Origin: an uncultured Solirubrobacterales bacterium
GTDB taxonomy: Bacteria; Actinomycetota; Thermoleophilia; Solirubrobacterales; 70-9
Assembly (NCBI GenBank): GCA_963740685.1
Contig: CAVUGA010000017.1
Coordinates: 4,627-68,626 of the forward strand
DNA: 64,000 nt
Reading direction: 5' to 3'
Shown here: piece by piece, positions 44,509-56,145 of the stretch
How the letters are laid out: every line of letters begins with the position of its first letter
Position numbering within the stretch: position 1 is the stretch's first letter
Notes under the pieces: generated by a model
What the model was told of the DNA's origin: nothing
Database searches by the model: none
What the model saw: the letters and a program-made list of their open reading frames with translations, nothing else
Translations under genes and position numbers: made by a program

Positions 44509-45137
44509 ACCCGCTGTCCGACAAGCAACTCGAGAAGATGCTCCGCAGCGACCCGCCCGCCGGCGACCTCGACCGCGCCGTCCAGGGCGTCCTCGCCCAG
44601 GCTGAGCGCGATGGACTGATTGACGTGGCCTACGCGCCCGTCGACTCCCCGTTCGGCAGGCTTATCGTCGCTCGAACCGATCGGGGCGTCGTCAGGCTGG
44701 CGCTGCCCAAGCACCGCGGGGCCGAGCAGGACGAGGACGAGGTGCTCGAGGACCTGGCGAGGTTCGTCTCGCCGCGGGTGCTCGAGTCCCCGAGCCGGCT
44801 CGATGAGGAGCGGCGCGAGCTCGATCAGTACTTCGAGGGCAAGCGCGACCATTTCGAGGTGCCCGTCGACTGGGCGCTGACGCCTTCGGGCTTCCGCAAT
44901 CGCGCGCTGCACGCCGTTGCGCGGATTCCCTATGGCGAGACCCGGACCTACGGCGAGATCGCCAAGGCCGCCGGGAACCCGCGCGCCTTCCGAGCGGCCG
45001 GCACCGCATGTGGCCGCAACGCCATCCCCCTGATCGTGCCCTGCCACCGAGTCCTTCAGGCGAGCGGTGGGGTGGGCAACTACGGCGGCGGCCCCGAGAT
45101 GAAGCGGGCGCTGCTGGACCTCGAGGGCGCCCTCTAA
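44505..45137 (+). CDS. ogt: methylated-DNA-protein-cysteine methyltransferase
   Basis: IPYGETRTYGEIA..NPRAFRAAGTACGRNAIPLIVPCHRV (PCHR active site). ATGA overlap with the sigma gene. Confidence 0.88.
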   Translation: MNPLSDKQLEKMLRSDPPAGDLDRAVQGVLAQAERDGLIDVAYAPVDSPFGRLIVARTDRGVVRLALPKHRGAEQDEDEVLEDLARFVSPRVLESPSRLDEERRELDQYFEGKRDHFEVPVDWALTPSGFRNRALHAVARIPYGETRTYGEIAKAAGNPRAFRAAGTACGRNAIPLIVPCHRVLQASGGVGNYGGGPEMKRALLDLEGAL

Positions 45138-45138
45138 G

Positions 45139-45833
45139 TCAACGGAAGGCGTCTGCGTGCGCCTCCGCCCACTGCTCGAAGCTGCGCGGCGCCCGGCCGG
45201 TGATCTCCTTGACGGTCGAATGGACCGTGGTCTCGTCGACCGCCCCGTCGACGAAGAAGTCGAAGAACGCGTCGACGTACTCCTTCGGCATCTGACCCTC
45301 CATCTCCGCGAGCGCTTCCTCATCGGTCTGCGCCTCGAAGCTCAGGTCCCGCTCGGCGTACTTGGCGAGGATCGCCACCTGCTCGGCCGGCCGCAGGGCC
45401 TCGGGGCCGCTGAGGCGATAGGTCTGGCCCTCATGGTCGGAGGTGGTCAGCGCCCGGGCGGCGACGGCGCCCACGTCGTCCGGATCGATCGTCGAGATCG
45501 CGACGTCGCCGAACGGCCCGCGAATCACGTCCGCCTTCTCGAGCTGAGGAAGCCAGCGAAAGGCGTTGGACATGAAGCTGTTGGGCTGCAGGAAGGTCCA
45601 CGGCAGGCCGGATTCGCGCACGGCTCGCTCCGAGAGGATGTGGTATCTGGCCACGGCGTTGCCGAGGTCGCCGGTCGGCGCGGCGCTGCTGGAGAGCAGG
45701 ACCACGCGCTCGACCCCGGCGTCGCGCATCAGCTCGAGTGATCTCTCTATCCGCTCGCCTCGGTGCCGACCTCCAGCAGGCCGTTGAGGACCCCGCCACC
45801 GGCGTTCCCCGTGGCACCGGTGACCAGGATCAC
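45139..45833 (-). pseudogene. NmrA-like NAD(P)H-binding protein remnant (internal deletion, stop and frame change)
   Basis: GTG 45833 encodes VILVTGATGNAGGGVLNGLLEVGTEASG followed by TAG (45747..45749). The C-terminal roughly 195 aa (LELMRDAGVERVVLLSS...) resume in another frame only a few codons later. About 50 residues expected between these blocks are missing. Confidence 0.6.
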
Positions 45834-47073
45834 GCCGGGAACACCGCCATCGTCGCTGTGAAGCCGTGCAGGAAGTTGCGACCGCCAACCGGCCCGATCT
45901 CTCCGGCGCAGAAGAAGCCGGCGGTCGGAGCGCCGAGGGAGTCCTCGACCGCGGCGGCGTCGTGGTCGGGCAGATCGAACATGTGGGAGCCGCGGCCGTT
46001 GCAGGTGAACAGAAGCGCCCCGGCCGCGCCGTCCGCGCCGAGCGCCTCGGCTTGGGCGCGCAGGGCCTCGCGAAGGTCCTCGTCGGCGGAGGCGGCGTCG
46101 CGGACGTGGAGCCGCACCGTCTGGCCGACCCGGACCGCCTCCCCGATCGCGATCGCACCGGACTCGCGGTCGGCCCCGATGATGGGCCTCACCAGGAAGT
46201 CGCCGCGCTCGTACTCGGGACGGTTCTCGTCGATCACGAGGCCGATCAGCATGCCGGAGGCCGCAAGCTCACGCTCGTGCTCCGGGAGCGCGGCGACCAC
46301 CTCGCCCAGCCGCTCCATTGCCGGCTTTCCGGCGAGCTGCCCGATCACGTTCGCCGCGGCTCCCGTGATCGTCATCTCGGGACCGACGGGGCCGGCGCCC
46401 TGGGAGACGCAGGGCAGCACCTGAGCTCCCTGCAGCCGCACGGCGACCGCGCCGTCGGCGTGGACCTCGCCGTCTCGCAGCAGGACGGCGCCGCCCGCAA
46501 ACGAGGCGCTGGCGAGCCCGCCCAGCACCGGCACGTGGGGCCGCGAGCGCTCGAGCGCCGCGAGCAGCTCCTCCGGGGGGAAGCTGAACGGGTCGCAGAG
46601 CGCCAGCAGCGACTCGTCGGCGACCGGCTCGTCGCCGGCCGAAGCGCCGGCAGGGGTCAGACCCCCTGGGGTCTGACCCCTGGGGGCTCGCTGAGCGACT
46701 CGGGCAGCCCCAGCAGGCGGAATCCCTCGGCGTCGCGCTCGGCGGTCAGGTGCATCGTCTCGAGCTCGGCGCCGGGCAGGGACGCTCCCCAGACGACGAT
46801 CCCGGGGGTCTCCTCGAGCTCGCGTCCGGCGGCCAGGGTGCCGCCCGCGCCGCAGCCGATCAGGACCCTCGGCTGGAGACGCTCATGGACCTCGGAGAGA
46901 AGCCACTTCGCCATGCCGAGGTGCTGGCCCGACGCGAAGACCACGGCCAGGTCGCAGGGCGGGTCGAGGCCCGCGCGAGCGCGATCGGCGGCCTCGGCGG
47001 CTGCCTCAACGGTGTCGAAGCTCTCCGACGCGCCGACCGAGCTGCGAACGGTGGAGGTCTTCGCAGAGCCCAC
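45830..47073 (-). pseudogene. FIST N+C domain sensor protein split by a frameshift at 46650..46690
   Basis: ORF 46657..47073 is the FIST_N part and ORF 45830..46534 the FIST_C part. The FIST_C frame is open upstream through PAGASAGDEPVADESLLALCDPFSFPPEELL to the junction. Confidence 0.7.
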
Positions 47074-47074
47074 G

Positions 47075-48194
47075 CTAGGAGCCCGAATGGGCGGCGGCGT
47101 AGTTCAGGTACTCGCGAACGAATCCGTCTATGTCCCCGTCGAGCACTCGCTGGGTGTCCCCCACCTCGAAGTTGGTGCGATGGTCCTTGACGCGCTGGTC
47201 GGGGTGCAGGAAATAGCTGCGGATCTGCGACCCCCACTCCGCCGACTTCTGCTCCCCGCGCTCCTTGGCGAGCTCCTCGGCCTGCTCCAGCTCCTTGCGC
47301 TCGAGCAGCCGGGACCGCAGGATCTGCATCGCCGTCGCCCTGTTCTGGATCTGCGAGCGCTCGTTCTGGGACTGGGCGACGATCCCCGTCGGGACGTGAG
47401 TGACTCGGACGGCCGAGTCGGTCTTGTTGACGTGCTGGCCGCCGGCGCCAGAGGCGCGGTACGTGTCCACACGGATGTCCGCGTCATCGATCTCCACGTC
47501 GACGTCGCCCTCGACCAGCGGCGCCACGTCGACCTGGGCGAAGCTCGTGTGCCTGCGGGCGGACGAGTCGAAGGGTGAGATCCGGATCAGCCGGTGGACT
47601 CCTCGCTCCGCCGCGAACAGGCCGTAGGCGTTCTCGCCACGCACGACGAAGGTCGAGGACTTGAGGCCGGCCTCCTCCCCGGGGGACGCCTCTTTCATCT
47701 CGACCTTGAAGCGACGCCGCTCCGCCCAGCGCAGGTACATGCGCAGCAGCATCTCCGCCCAGTCCTGGGAGTCGGTGCCACCCGCACCGGCGTTGACCGT
47801 GACCACCGCGTCACCGGCGTCGAAGCGCCCGGAGAAGAGTCGCTCCTCCTCGAGCTCGGCCAGTCGCCGCTCGACCGATTCGAGCTGCCCCGTGAGCTCC
47901 CTCGCCATCTCCTCGTCCTCGACGGCGAGCTCCGCCAGCTCGCCGAGATCGCCGACGTCCCGGCTCAGGGAGCGGAAGCCCTCGAGCCGCCGCTGAGCCC
48001 GCGCATGCTGTGCCGAGATCTCGGCGGCCTTGGCCTGGTCGTCCCAGAACCCGGGCCGCTGCATCTCCCCCTCCAGCCGATCGATCTCCTCACTCAGCGC
48101 CTCTGGGTCAAAGGTAATCCGAGAGCAGCTTCAGCTGCCCCCGTATCTCTGCGAGGCGCGCGGAGATTCCCTCCCTTGGAAGCGTTTCGGCCAT
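47075..48194 (-). CDS. prfB: peptide chain release factor 2, with programmed +1 frameshift: join(48194..48111, 48109..47075)
   Basis: Frame 0 encodes MAETLPREGISARLAEIRGQLKLLSDYL followed by TGA. The +1 frame continues DPEALSEEIDRLEGEMQRPGFWDD. SPF and GGQ motifs are present. Confidence 0.92.
48107..48113 (-). promoter_or_regulatory. prfB: prfB +1 frameshift site CTT TGA C
   Basis: Canonical slippery CUU followed by UGA C in frame 0. Confidence 0.9.
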
Positions 48195-48264
48195 AAGTCT
48201 GCGGGTTTCCCCGTACAGGGTATTCCGGAGCGTCCTCTACCGTGTGGCCCGGAAGGGAGGCCTC

Positions 48265-49521
48265 ATGGAGAACGGAATCTCCAAGCGGAAACGGCAACCA
48301 TTGAGCTGGGTGCTTCGGAAATTCGCGCATGGGCTGCCGCCGCTTCCCACGATCGGCGGCCGCGCTCTCGCGACCCGCGTCGCGGGCGTGATGCTCGTCG
48401 GCGGGGCCATCCTGATCGCCATCACCGTCGCCCTCCCTCCCGCCGCGCAGGGCTCCGACCTGCTGATCCTCGGCTACGGCGCCGTGGCCGCGGTCTGCGG
48501 CGCGCTGATGCTCAGCAGGCGGCGGGTCAGCGAGCCCGCCCTCGGCCTGGCGGCGGCCCTGGGCACCGCCCTGATCACGCTGGCAACTCTCGAGGGCGGC
48601 CACATGACGGGCACCGAGGACAACGAGGTCCTCTTCCTCTGGGTCTCGCTGTTCTCGTTCTGGTTCCTCGATCTTCGACACGCCCTGCTCCAGCTCGGCC
48701 TGATCGGCGCGGGGGACGCGATCCTGCTGATCGACCAGCATCCGACCTTCGCGGACGGCGTCACCCGCTGGCTCGTCCTCGTCGCGACGCTGCTGGTCAC
48801 CGGGTTGCTGATGGCCTGGATCCGCCGGTCGCTGGAGCGCGAGCGGGAGGAGACCGCCCACCTGGCGGTCGTCGCCGAGCGGATGCGGATCGCGCGCGAC
48901 CTGCATGACGCCGCGGGTCACGGCGTCACCGCCGTCTCGCTCCAGGCCGCCACCGGCATTCGCGCCATCGACGACGGCGCCGACGTCGAGGAGGCACGGG
49001 CGGTGCTCGAGGAGATCAAGCGAACCTCTCGGATCGCGCTCGAGGACATGCGCAAGCTGCTCGGACTGCTCCGCCCGGCAGGCGCCGCGCAGCCGGAGCG
49101 CGACCGGGTCAGCCTCTCCCACCTGGACGAGATGATCGACGAGTGTCGCGCCGCCGGGCTCACGGTGACCGTGGAGACGTCGGGCGACCGCCTGGACCTG
49201 CCGCCGATCCTCGACCAGGCCGCCTACCGGATCATCCAGGAGGCGCTCACCAACGTCCTCAAGCACGCGGGTCCCGGGGCGTCGGCGACGGTGGGGCTGA
49301 GCTTCGACCCGACGAGCGTCGAGCTCGAGGTGACCGACGACGGGCCGGGGACCGTCGGCAGCGTGGCAATGGGAACCCGTCGCGGACTGATCGGGATGCG
49401 CGAGCGGGTGGAGCTCTTCGGGGGCCGCTTCTCAGCGGGACCGATGGAGGGTGGCGGGTTCCGCGTGTTTGCCCGGCTGCCCATCGGCAACCCGCTCGAG
49501 AACGTCGCCCAGCGGAGCTGA
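48265..49521 (+). CDS. sensor histidine kinase, HisKA_3 (NarL/DesK-type)
   Basis: Five TM helices, ERMRIARDLHDAAGHGVTAV H-box, HATPase_c (LTNVLKHA..DDGPG..GLIGMRERV). GGGAGG before ATG 48265. No response regulator gene adjacent. Confidence 0.85.
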   Translation: MENGISKRKRQPLSWVLRKFAHGLPPLPTIGGRALATRVAGVMLVGGAILIAITVALPPAAQGSDLLILGYGAVAAVCGALMLSRRRVSEPALGLAAALGTALITLATLEGGHMTGTEDNEVLFLWVSLFSFWFLDLRHALLQLGLIGAGDAILLIDQHPTFADGVTRWLVLVATLLVTGLLMAWIRRSLEREREETAHLAVVAERMRIARDLHDAAGHGVTAVSLQAATGIRAIDDGADVEEARAVLEEIKRTSRIALEDMRKLLGLLRPAGAAQPERDRVSLSHLDEMIDECRAAGLTVTVETSGDRLDLPPILDQAAYRIIQEALTNVLKHAGPGASATVGLSFDPTSVELEVTDDGPGTVGSVAMGTRRGLIGMRERVELFGGRFSAGPMEGGGFRVFARLPIGNPLENVAQRS

Positions 49522-49530
49522 GCGCGGTCC

Positions 49531-50439
49531 CTAGCTCGGGACCGTCGCGCTGACCACCCAGGTCGAAGCCGGGCCGAAGACGCCGTCGGGGCCGTCGTAG
49601 TCGACGAGCACCTCGCGGATCTCCCCCTCGAGCTTCGGGCGGATCTTCTCGGCGTCGTCGCCGTTGAGCCTGATCACCTCGGCCGCAGGGCCCAGCGACA
49701 TGTTGAAGCGGACTGCCTGGTCGACGTCGTTGCCCAGCTTGATCGGCAGATCGCAGCGGGTGAACGTCGGCTGTTCGAAGCCCGCGATCTGCAGCTGCTC
49801 GCTGACCGTATCCGCGTTCTGCATCGAGAACGGGCCTGGGCCGCAGGTCGGTTCGTCAGTCTCCTCCGGCTCGTCCAGGTACTGGTCGACGACCTGCTCG
49901 GCGCGGTGGACCCACGGGTTGTCGATCTTGTTCCGCCAGACGACGGCGCAGAGGCGTCCCCCGGGGTTGAGCGCGCTGCGGATGTTGCGCCAGGCCTGCA
50001 CCGGGTTCGCAAAGAACATGACCCCCATGCGTGAGAAGACATAGTCGAAGGTCCCCGGCAGCTCCATGACCTGGACGTCGCCGGCGAGGAACTCGACGTT
50101 CTGCACTCCCGCCTCCTTCGCCTCCATGATCGACGCCTCGATGAAAGGCTGAGAGACGTCGACGCCCACCGCCTGGGCCTCGGAGCCGATCAGCGCGGCC
50201 AGCTGCTGGGTGGTGTCGCCAAAGCCGCAGCCGACGTCGAGGACCCGATCCCCCGGCTTCGGCGGATGGAGGCGCATGGCGGCGTCTCCATGCAGCTTCA
50301 GGCTGTCGACGATCAGCTCGCGGAACTCGACGAAGCGGTCGTAGAGCACCCCACTCCAGGCCTCGGTTGCCTCCTCGTTCTCGGGCGCTACCGCCGTCGC
50401 CGGGACCGTTCCGTCGCTCCCTACAGTGGCCTTCTCCAC
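49531..50439 (-). CDS. class I SAM-dependent methyltransferase
   Basis: Motif I VLDVGCGFGDTT, followed by post-I and II regions. Confidence 0.85.
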   Translation of the reverse strand: MEKATVGSDGTVPATAVAPENEEATEAWSGVLYDRFVEFRELIVDSLKLHGDAAMRLHPPKPGDRVLDVGCGFGDTTQQLAALIGSEAQAVGVDVSQPFIEASIMEAKEAGVQNVEFLAGDVQVMELPGTFDYVFSRMGVMFFANPVQAWRNIRSALNPGGRLCAVVWRNKIDNPWVHRAEQVVDQYLDEPEETDEPTCGPGPFSMQNADTVSEQLQIAGFEQPTFTRCDLPIKLGNDVDQAVRFNMSLGPAAEVIRLNGDDAEKIRPKLEGEIREVLVDYDGPDGVFGPASTWVVSATVPS

Positions 50440-50482
50440 GGGCCCATAGTACGCGGAGCTGTGCGGGTGTTACACATGCGGG

Positions 50483-51298
50483 GTGACCCCGTTCGCCGTT
50501 GCAGCGCTGATCGTCGCCCTGGCGGCAGTAACCCCGTACCGGGCGGCTGTCCACATCTCGGGGAAGATCGGGGCGCGGCCCGCGGCGAGCCGTGGGGAGA
50601 CTCGGGCGCAGGGCTACGTCGCCTCGCGGTTCCGGAACGCCGGGCTCGCGGTCTCCGTCGACAAGTTCGCCGTCCCCGGCAGGGGGACCTCGCGAAACGT
50701 GGTCGGCGAGCTCGACGGCCCGGGCACCTGCCTGCAGATCGTGATGGGCCATGTGGACAGCGGCCCCGACGGGCCGGGCGCCAACGACAACGCGTCGGGA
50801 ATCGGCGTGCTGGTCGCCCTCGCGGCGAGGCTCAAGTCGCTCGATCCGCCCTGTGACGTCTGGCTCGCCTCGACCGGGGCGGAGGAGCGGGGGTTCACGC
50901 ATGCCGCAGACCACGTCGGTGCGGCGGCGCTGGTGGACCGGGTTCGGCGTCTCGGGCGAGCGGACGACCTGCGCTTCGCCTATGACAACGACGAGGTCGG
51001 CCGCCTCGGTCGCTTCTGGCTGCGATCGCCTGTGCCGGGACCGCGAGGAAGGGTCGAGGGTGTGATCCTGGCCGCGGCTCGGCAGGCCGGGGTCACCATC
51101 CGCTGGGTCCGAGATGAGGGGACGGGAAACTCCGACGAGCGGGAGTTCAACCTTGCCGGACTTGGCGCCGCGGTACTCGAGGGTTGGCACGCGAATGAGC
51201 GCTGCCGGGAGCTGGCCTGCGACAGGCCCGGCCGTCTGCGGAAGCGCTCGCTCAACCGGGCGCTTCGAGTGGCCGAGGAGGTCCTGAAGGGCGGCTAG
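50483..51298 (+). CDS. M28 family metallopeptidase
   Basis: MGHVDS, GANDNASGIGVL, GAEERG motifs (Zn ligands and catalytic Glu-Glu position). Confidence 0.7.
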   Translation: MTPFAVAALIVALAAVTPYRAAVHISGKIGARPAASRGETRAQGYVASRFRNAGLAVSVDKFAVPGRGTSRNVVGELDGPGTCLQIVMGHVDSGPDGPGANDNASGIGVLVALAARLKSLDPPCDVWLASTGAEERGFTHAADHVGAAALVDRVRRLGRADDLRFAYDNDEVGRLGRFWLRSPVPGPRGRVEGVILAAARQAGVTIRWVRDEGTGNSDEREFNLAGLGAAVLEGWHANERCRELACDRPGRLRKRSLNRALRVAEEVLKGG

Positions 51299-51723
51299 AC
51301 GCCGCCGAGGCGGAATTCCTCCTCGAACTCCGCGAAGAAGGGCTCGCCGATCTCGCTCGCGCTGTCCGGCCCGCTGCCGAAGAGGCGCTCGAAGAACTCG
51401 GCCGTGCGCAGTGCGGGCCTCACTTCCCAGCGCGTCCGGGCAGGCCCCTCCGCGGCCATCTGGTGCGGAGTCCCGGCCGGGACCTCGAAGCTCTCTCCCG
51501 CCTCATAGAGACGCTCCTCGCCGTCGATGATCGTCCTCATGGAGCCGTCCAGGACCTCGAAGCGCTCGACCTGATTCGGATGCAGGTGCGCGGGCGGCAT
51601 CCCGGCCTCGCCGGTGTAGCGCGCCTCCATCTCCAGCAGCTCGCCGTCGGTCTCGTCCCCCGTCTGGATCAGACGCAGGCGCATCCCGCCGAAGCCCTCG
51701 ATCTCCTGGCCGGGGTGAGGCAT
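51295..51723 (-). CDS. cupin domain protein
   Basis: Cupin motifs PPAHLHPNQVERFEV..G and FEVPAGTPHQ. Confidence 0.7.
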   Translation of the reverse strand: MPHPGQEIEGFGGMRLRLIQTGDETDGELLEMEARYTGEAGMPPAHLHPNQVERFEVLDGSMRTIIDGEERLYEAGESFEVPAGTPHQMAAEGPARTRWEVRPALRTAEFFERLFGSGPDSASEIGEPFFAEFEEEFRLGGV

Positions 51724-51812
51724 CAGCTATTCACGGCTTCGCCATCAGGCTGGGGCGATGACCACCGCAAGTCGCTCCGGGCTACGCCCTCCGCTCCGAA
51801 ATAGGGCGGTGG

Positions 51813-54653
<2,841 letters not shown>

Positions 54654-54678
54654 TGGCGCTTAGGTTAGCTGGCGCGTA

Positions 54679-55026
54679 CTACGCGGTCTCGCCCCTCAAC
54701 CGCTGCATCATCTTGCGGGTCCTCTGGCGCTTCCGGCGCTTGTCCCGGTGCTTCTTCACCTGGCGGCGGATGTCCTCGGCCATCTCGTGGATCGAGTGGA
54801 GCATGTCCGGCGAGGCTTCCTTGGCACGAAGCGTGACACCCTTCAGGCCCAGCGTGGCCTCGGCGACCATCCGGTCCGCGATCCGAGGGTTCTTCTCCTC
54901 GCAGAGCTCGACCTCGAGGGTGGCCAGCTCGGAGACCTGCTTGCCAACCCGCTGAAACCGCTGGATCACCGCCTCGCGGAGCTCATCGGTCACCTCAACG
55001 TTCTTGCCCCGGACCTCGATCCTCAT
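54679..55026 (-). CDS. hpf: ribosome hibernation promoting factor, short form
   Basis: S30AE/RaiA fold sequence (MRIEVRGKNVEVTDELREAV..LEVEL..ATLGLKGVTLRAKE) plus a basic tail. Confidence 0.9.
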   Translation of the reverse strand: MRIEVRGKNVEVTDELREAVIQRFQRVGKQVSELATLEVELCEEKNPRIADRMVAEATLGLKGVTLRAKEASPDMLHSIHEMAEDIRRQVKKHRDKRRKRQRTRKMMQRLRGETA

Positions 55027-55096
55027 CGTCGGCCTCCTTCCGTTGGGTTGGCGCTCGGATGCTACGCCCGGCGCCCTCCCTAGGCAAGCGATGCCG

Positions 55097-56140
55097 TCAG
55101 CGGTGCTTGTTGTGCTTGTGCGCCTGCTTCTGGTGCGGCACCCGCTTGAAGACCTTCCGCACCCGAGGCTCGGCCGAGACCAACGGCACCATCGACTGAT
55201 TGCCGCCGATGATGCCCCCGGAGGCCTTCAGGAAGAGGGTCGTCTGCGCCTCGTCAAGCCCCGTCGCATAGGGGTGTGAGCAGACATCGGGCGGGAAGCG
55301 GGAGACCCTGGCCGCTCCGGCCTTCCCCTTGCCCCCGTGGGCGACCGCGTCGACGAACGCCGCGAAGGTGACCGAGTCGACGGCGGTGCCGATATGTGAG
55401 GTGGTGCGGCCCGGGCAGACGCCCTGGATGAGGATGTTGCTGGCTCCATCGAGAGCCGAGGTCGGGTGCTTGCCGCCCTGCGGCTGGACCGTCTCGTCGG
55501 TCAGCGAGCGAACCGTCGTGTAGGAGACGTTGCCGGGGGTCTCATCCGGCTGCGAGTTGATGGCGCGCAGCAGGTGGGAGCCCTTGCCCTGCTGCCAGTC
55601 CGCGGGCGGGCACGGCGCGCTTGCGGAGCAACTTCCCTGACCCAGGCTGGTGCCGTGCTGTGTTCCGGCGGCGGCGACCACGTCGCTCACCTTCTTGCGC
55701 AGATCGGGCCAATACGTGAGCGCGAACCGCGGCAGGAGGCCCCCCTGGCTGATGCCGATCGCGGCGACCTTGCGGTGAGCCAGGGCGAACTCCTTCCGCA
55801 GCCCGTAGACCAGGTACTGGACCGAGATCTGGATGTCCGCCGTGGTGAAGTCCGGGAAGTTGACGTAACAGACCGGATGGCCGTAGGCCTCGAAGGCGCC
55901 CTGGCCGATCAGATAGCCCTGGTCTCCCGTGGCTCCGGTCCCGGTCACGAACATCACCGGGGTCGCCGACGCGTTGGTCGGGTCGATCGGGCACTTGAAG
56001 GCCGCCTCGAGCTCACTCTGCGGGACAGTCAGACGCGGACCGCTCGCCATCGCCGAGGCAGGACCAACGGTGAATAGGCCCAAGGCGGCTACACAGGCCG
56101 TGAGCGCGAGCTTCCCTGCCGTGCGCATTTCCCGAACCAT
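55097..56140 (-). CDS. secreted CALB-like lipase (third paralogue) with basic C-terminal tail
   Basis: Signal peptide MRTAGKLALTACVAALGLFTVGPASA. FKCPID..PVMFVTGTG, GISQGG, GTQHGT. Tail RVRKVFKRVPHQKQAHKHNKHR. ATG at 56140. Confidence 0.75.
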   Translation of the reverse strand: MVREMRTAGKLALTACVAALGLFTVGPASAMASGPRLTVPQSELEAAFKCPIDPTNASATPVMFVTGTGATGDQGYLIGQGAFEAYGHPVCYVNFPDFTTADIQISVQYLVYGLRKEFALAHRKVAAIGISQGGLLPRFALTYWPDLRKKVSDVVAAAGTQHGTSLGQGSCSASAPCPPADWQQGKGSHLLRAINSQPDETPGNVSYTTVRSLTDETVQPQGGKHPTSALDGASNILIQGVCPGRTTSHIGTAVDSVTFAAFVDAVAHGGKGKAGAARVSRFPPDVCSHPYATGLDEAQTTLFLKASGGIIGGNQSMVPLVSAEPRVRKVFKRVPHQKQAHKHNKHR

Positions 56141-56145
56141 AGTGC

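Noticed and set aside
46653-46686. Palindromic GC-rich element in the FIST gene as an inserted REP/MITE-like mobile repeat.
   Set aside because: After a 1-nt correction the element is translated in frame with both flanks (..PPGVRPQGGLTPAG..). I did not notice other copies in the window. It fits a local tandem duplication or slippage site better than a mobile element.
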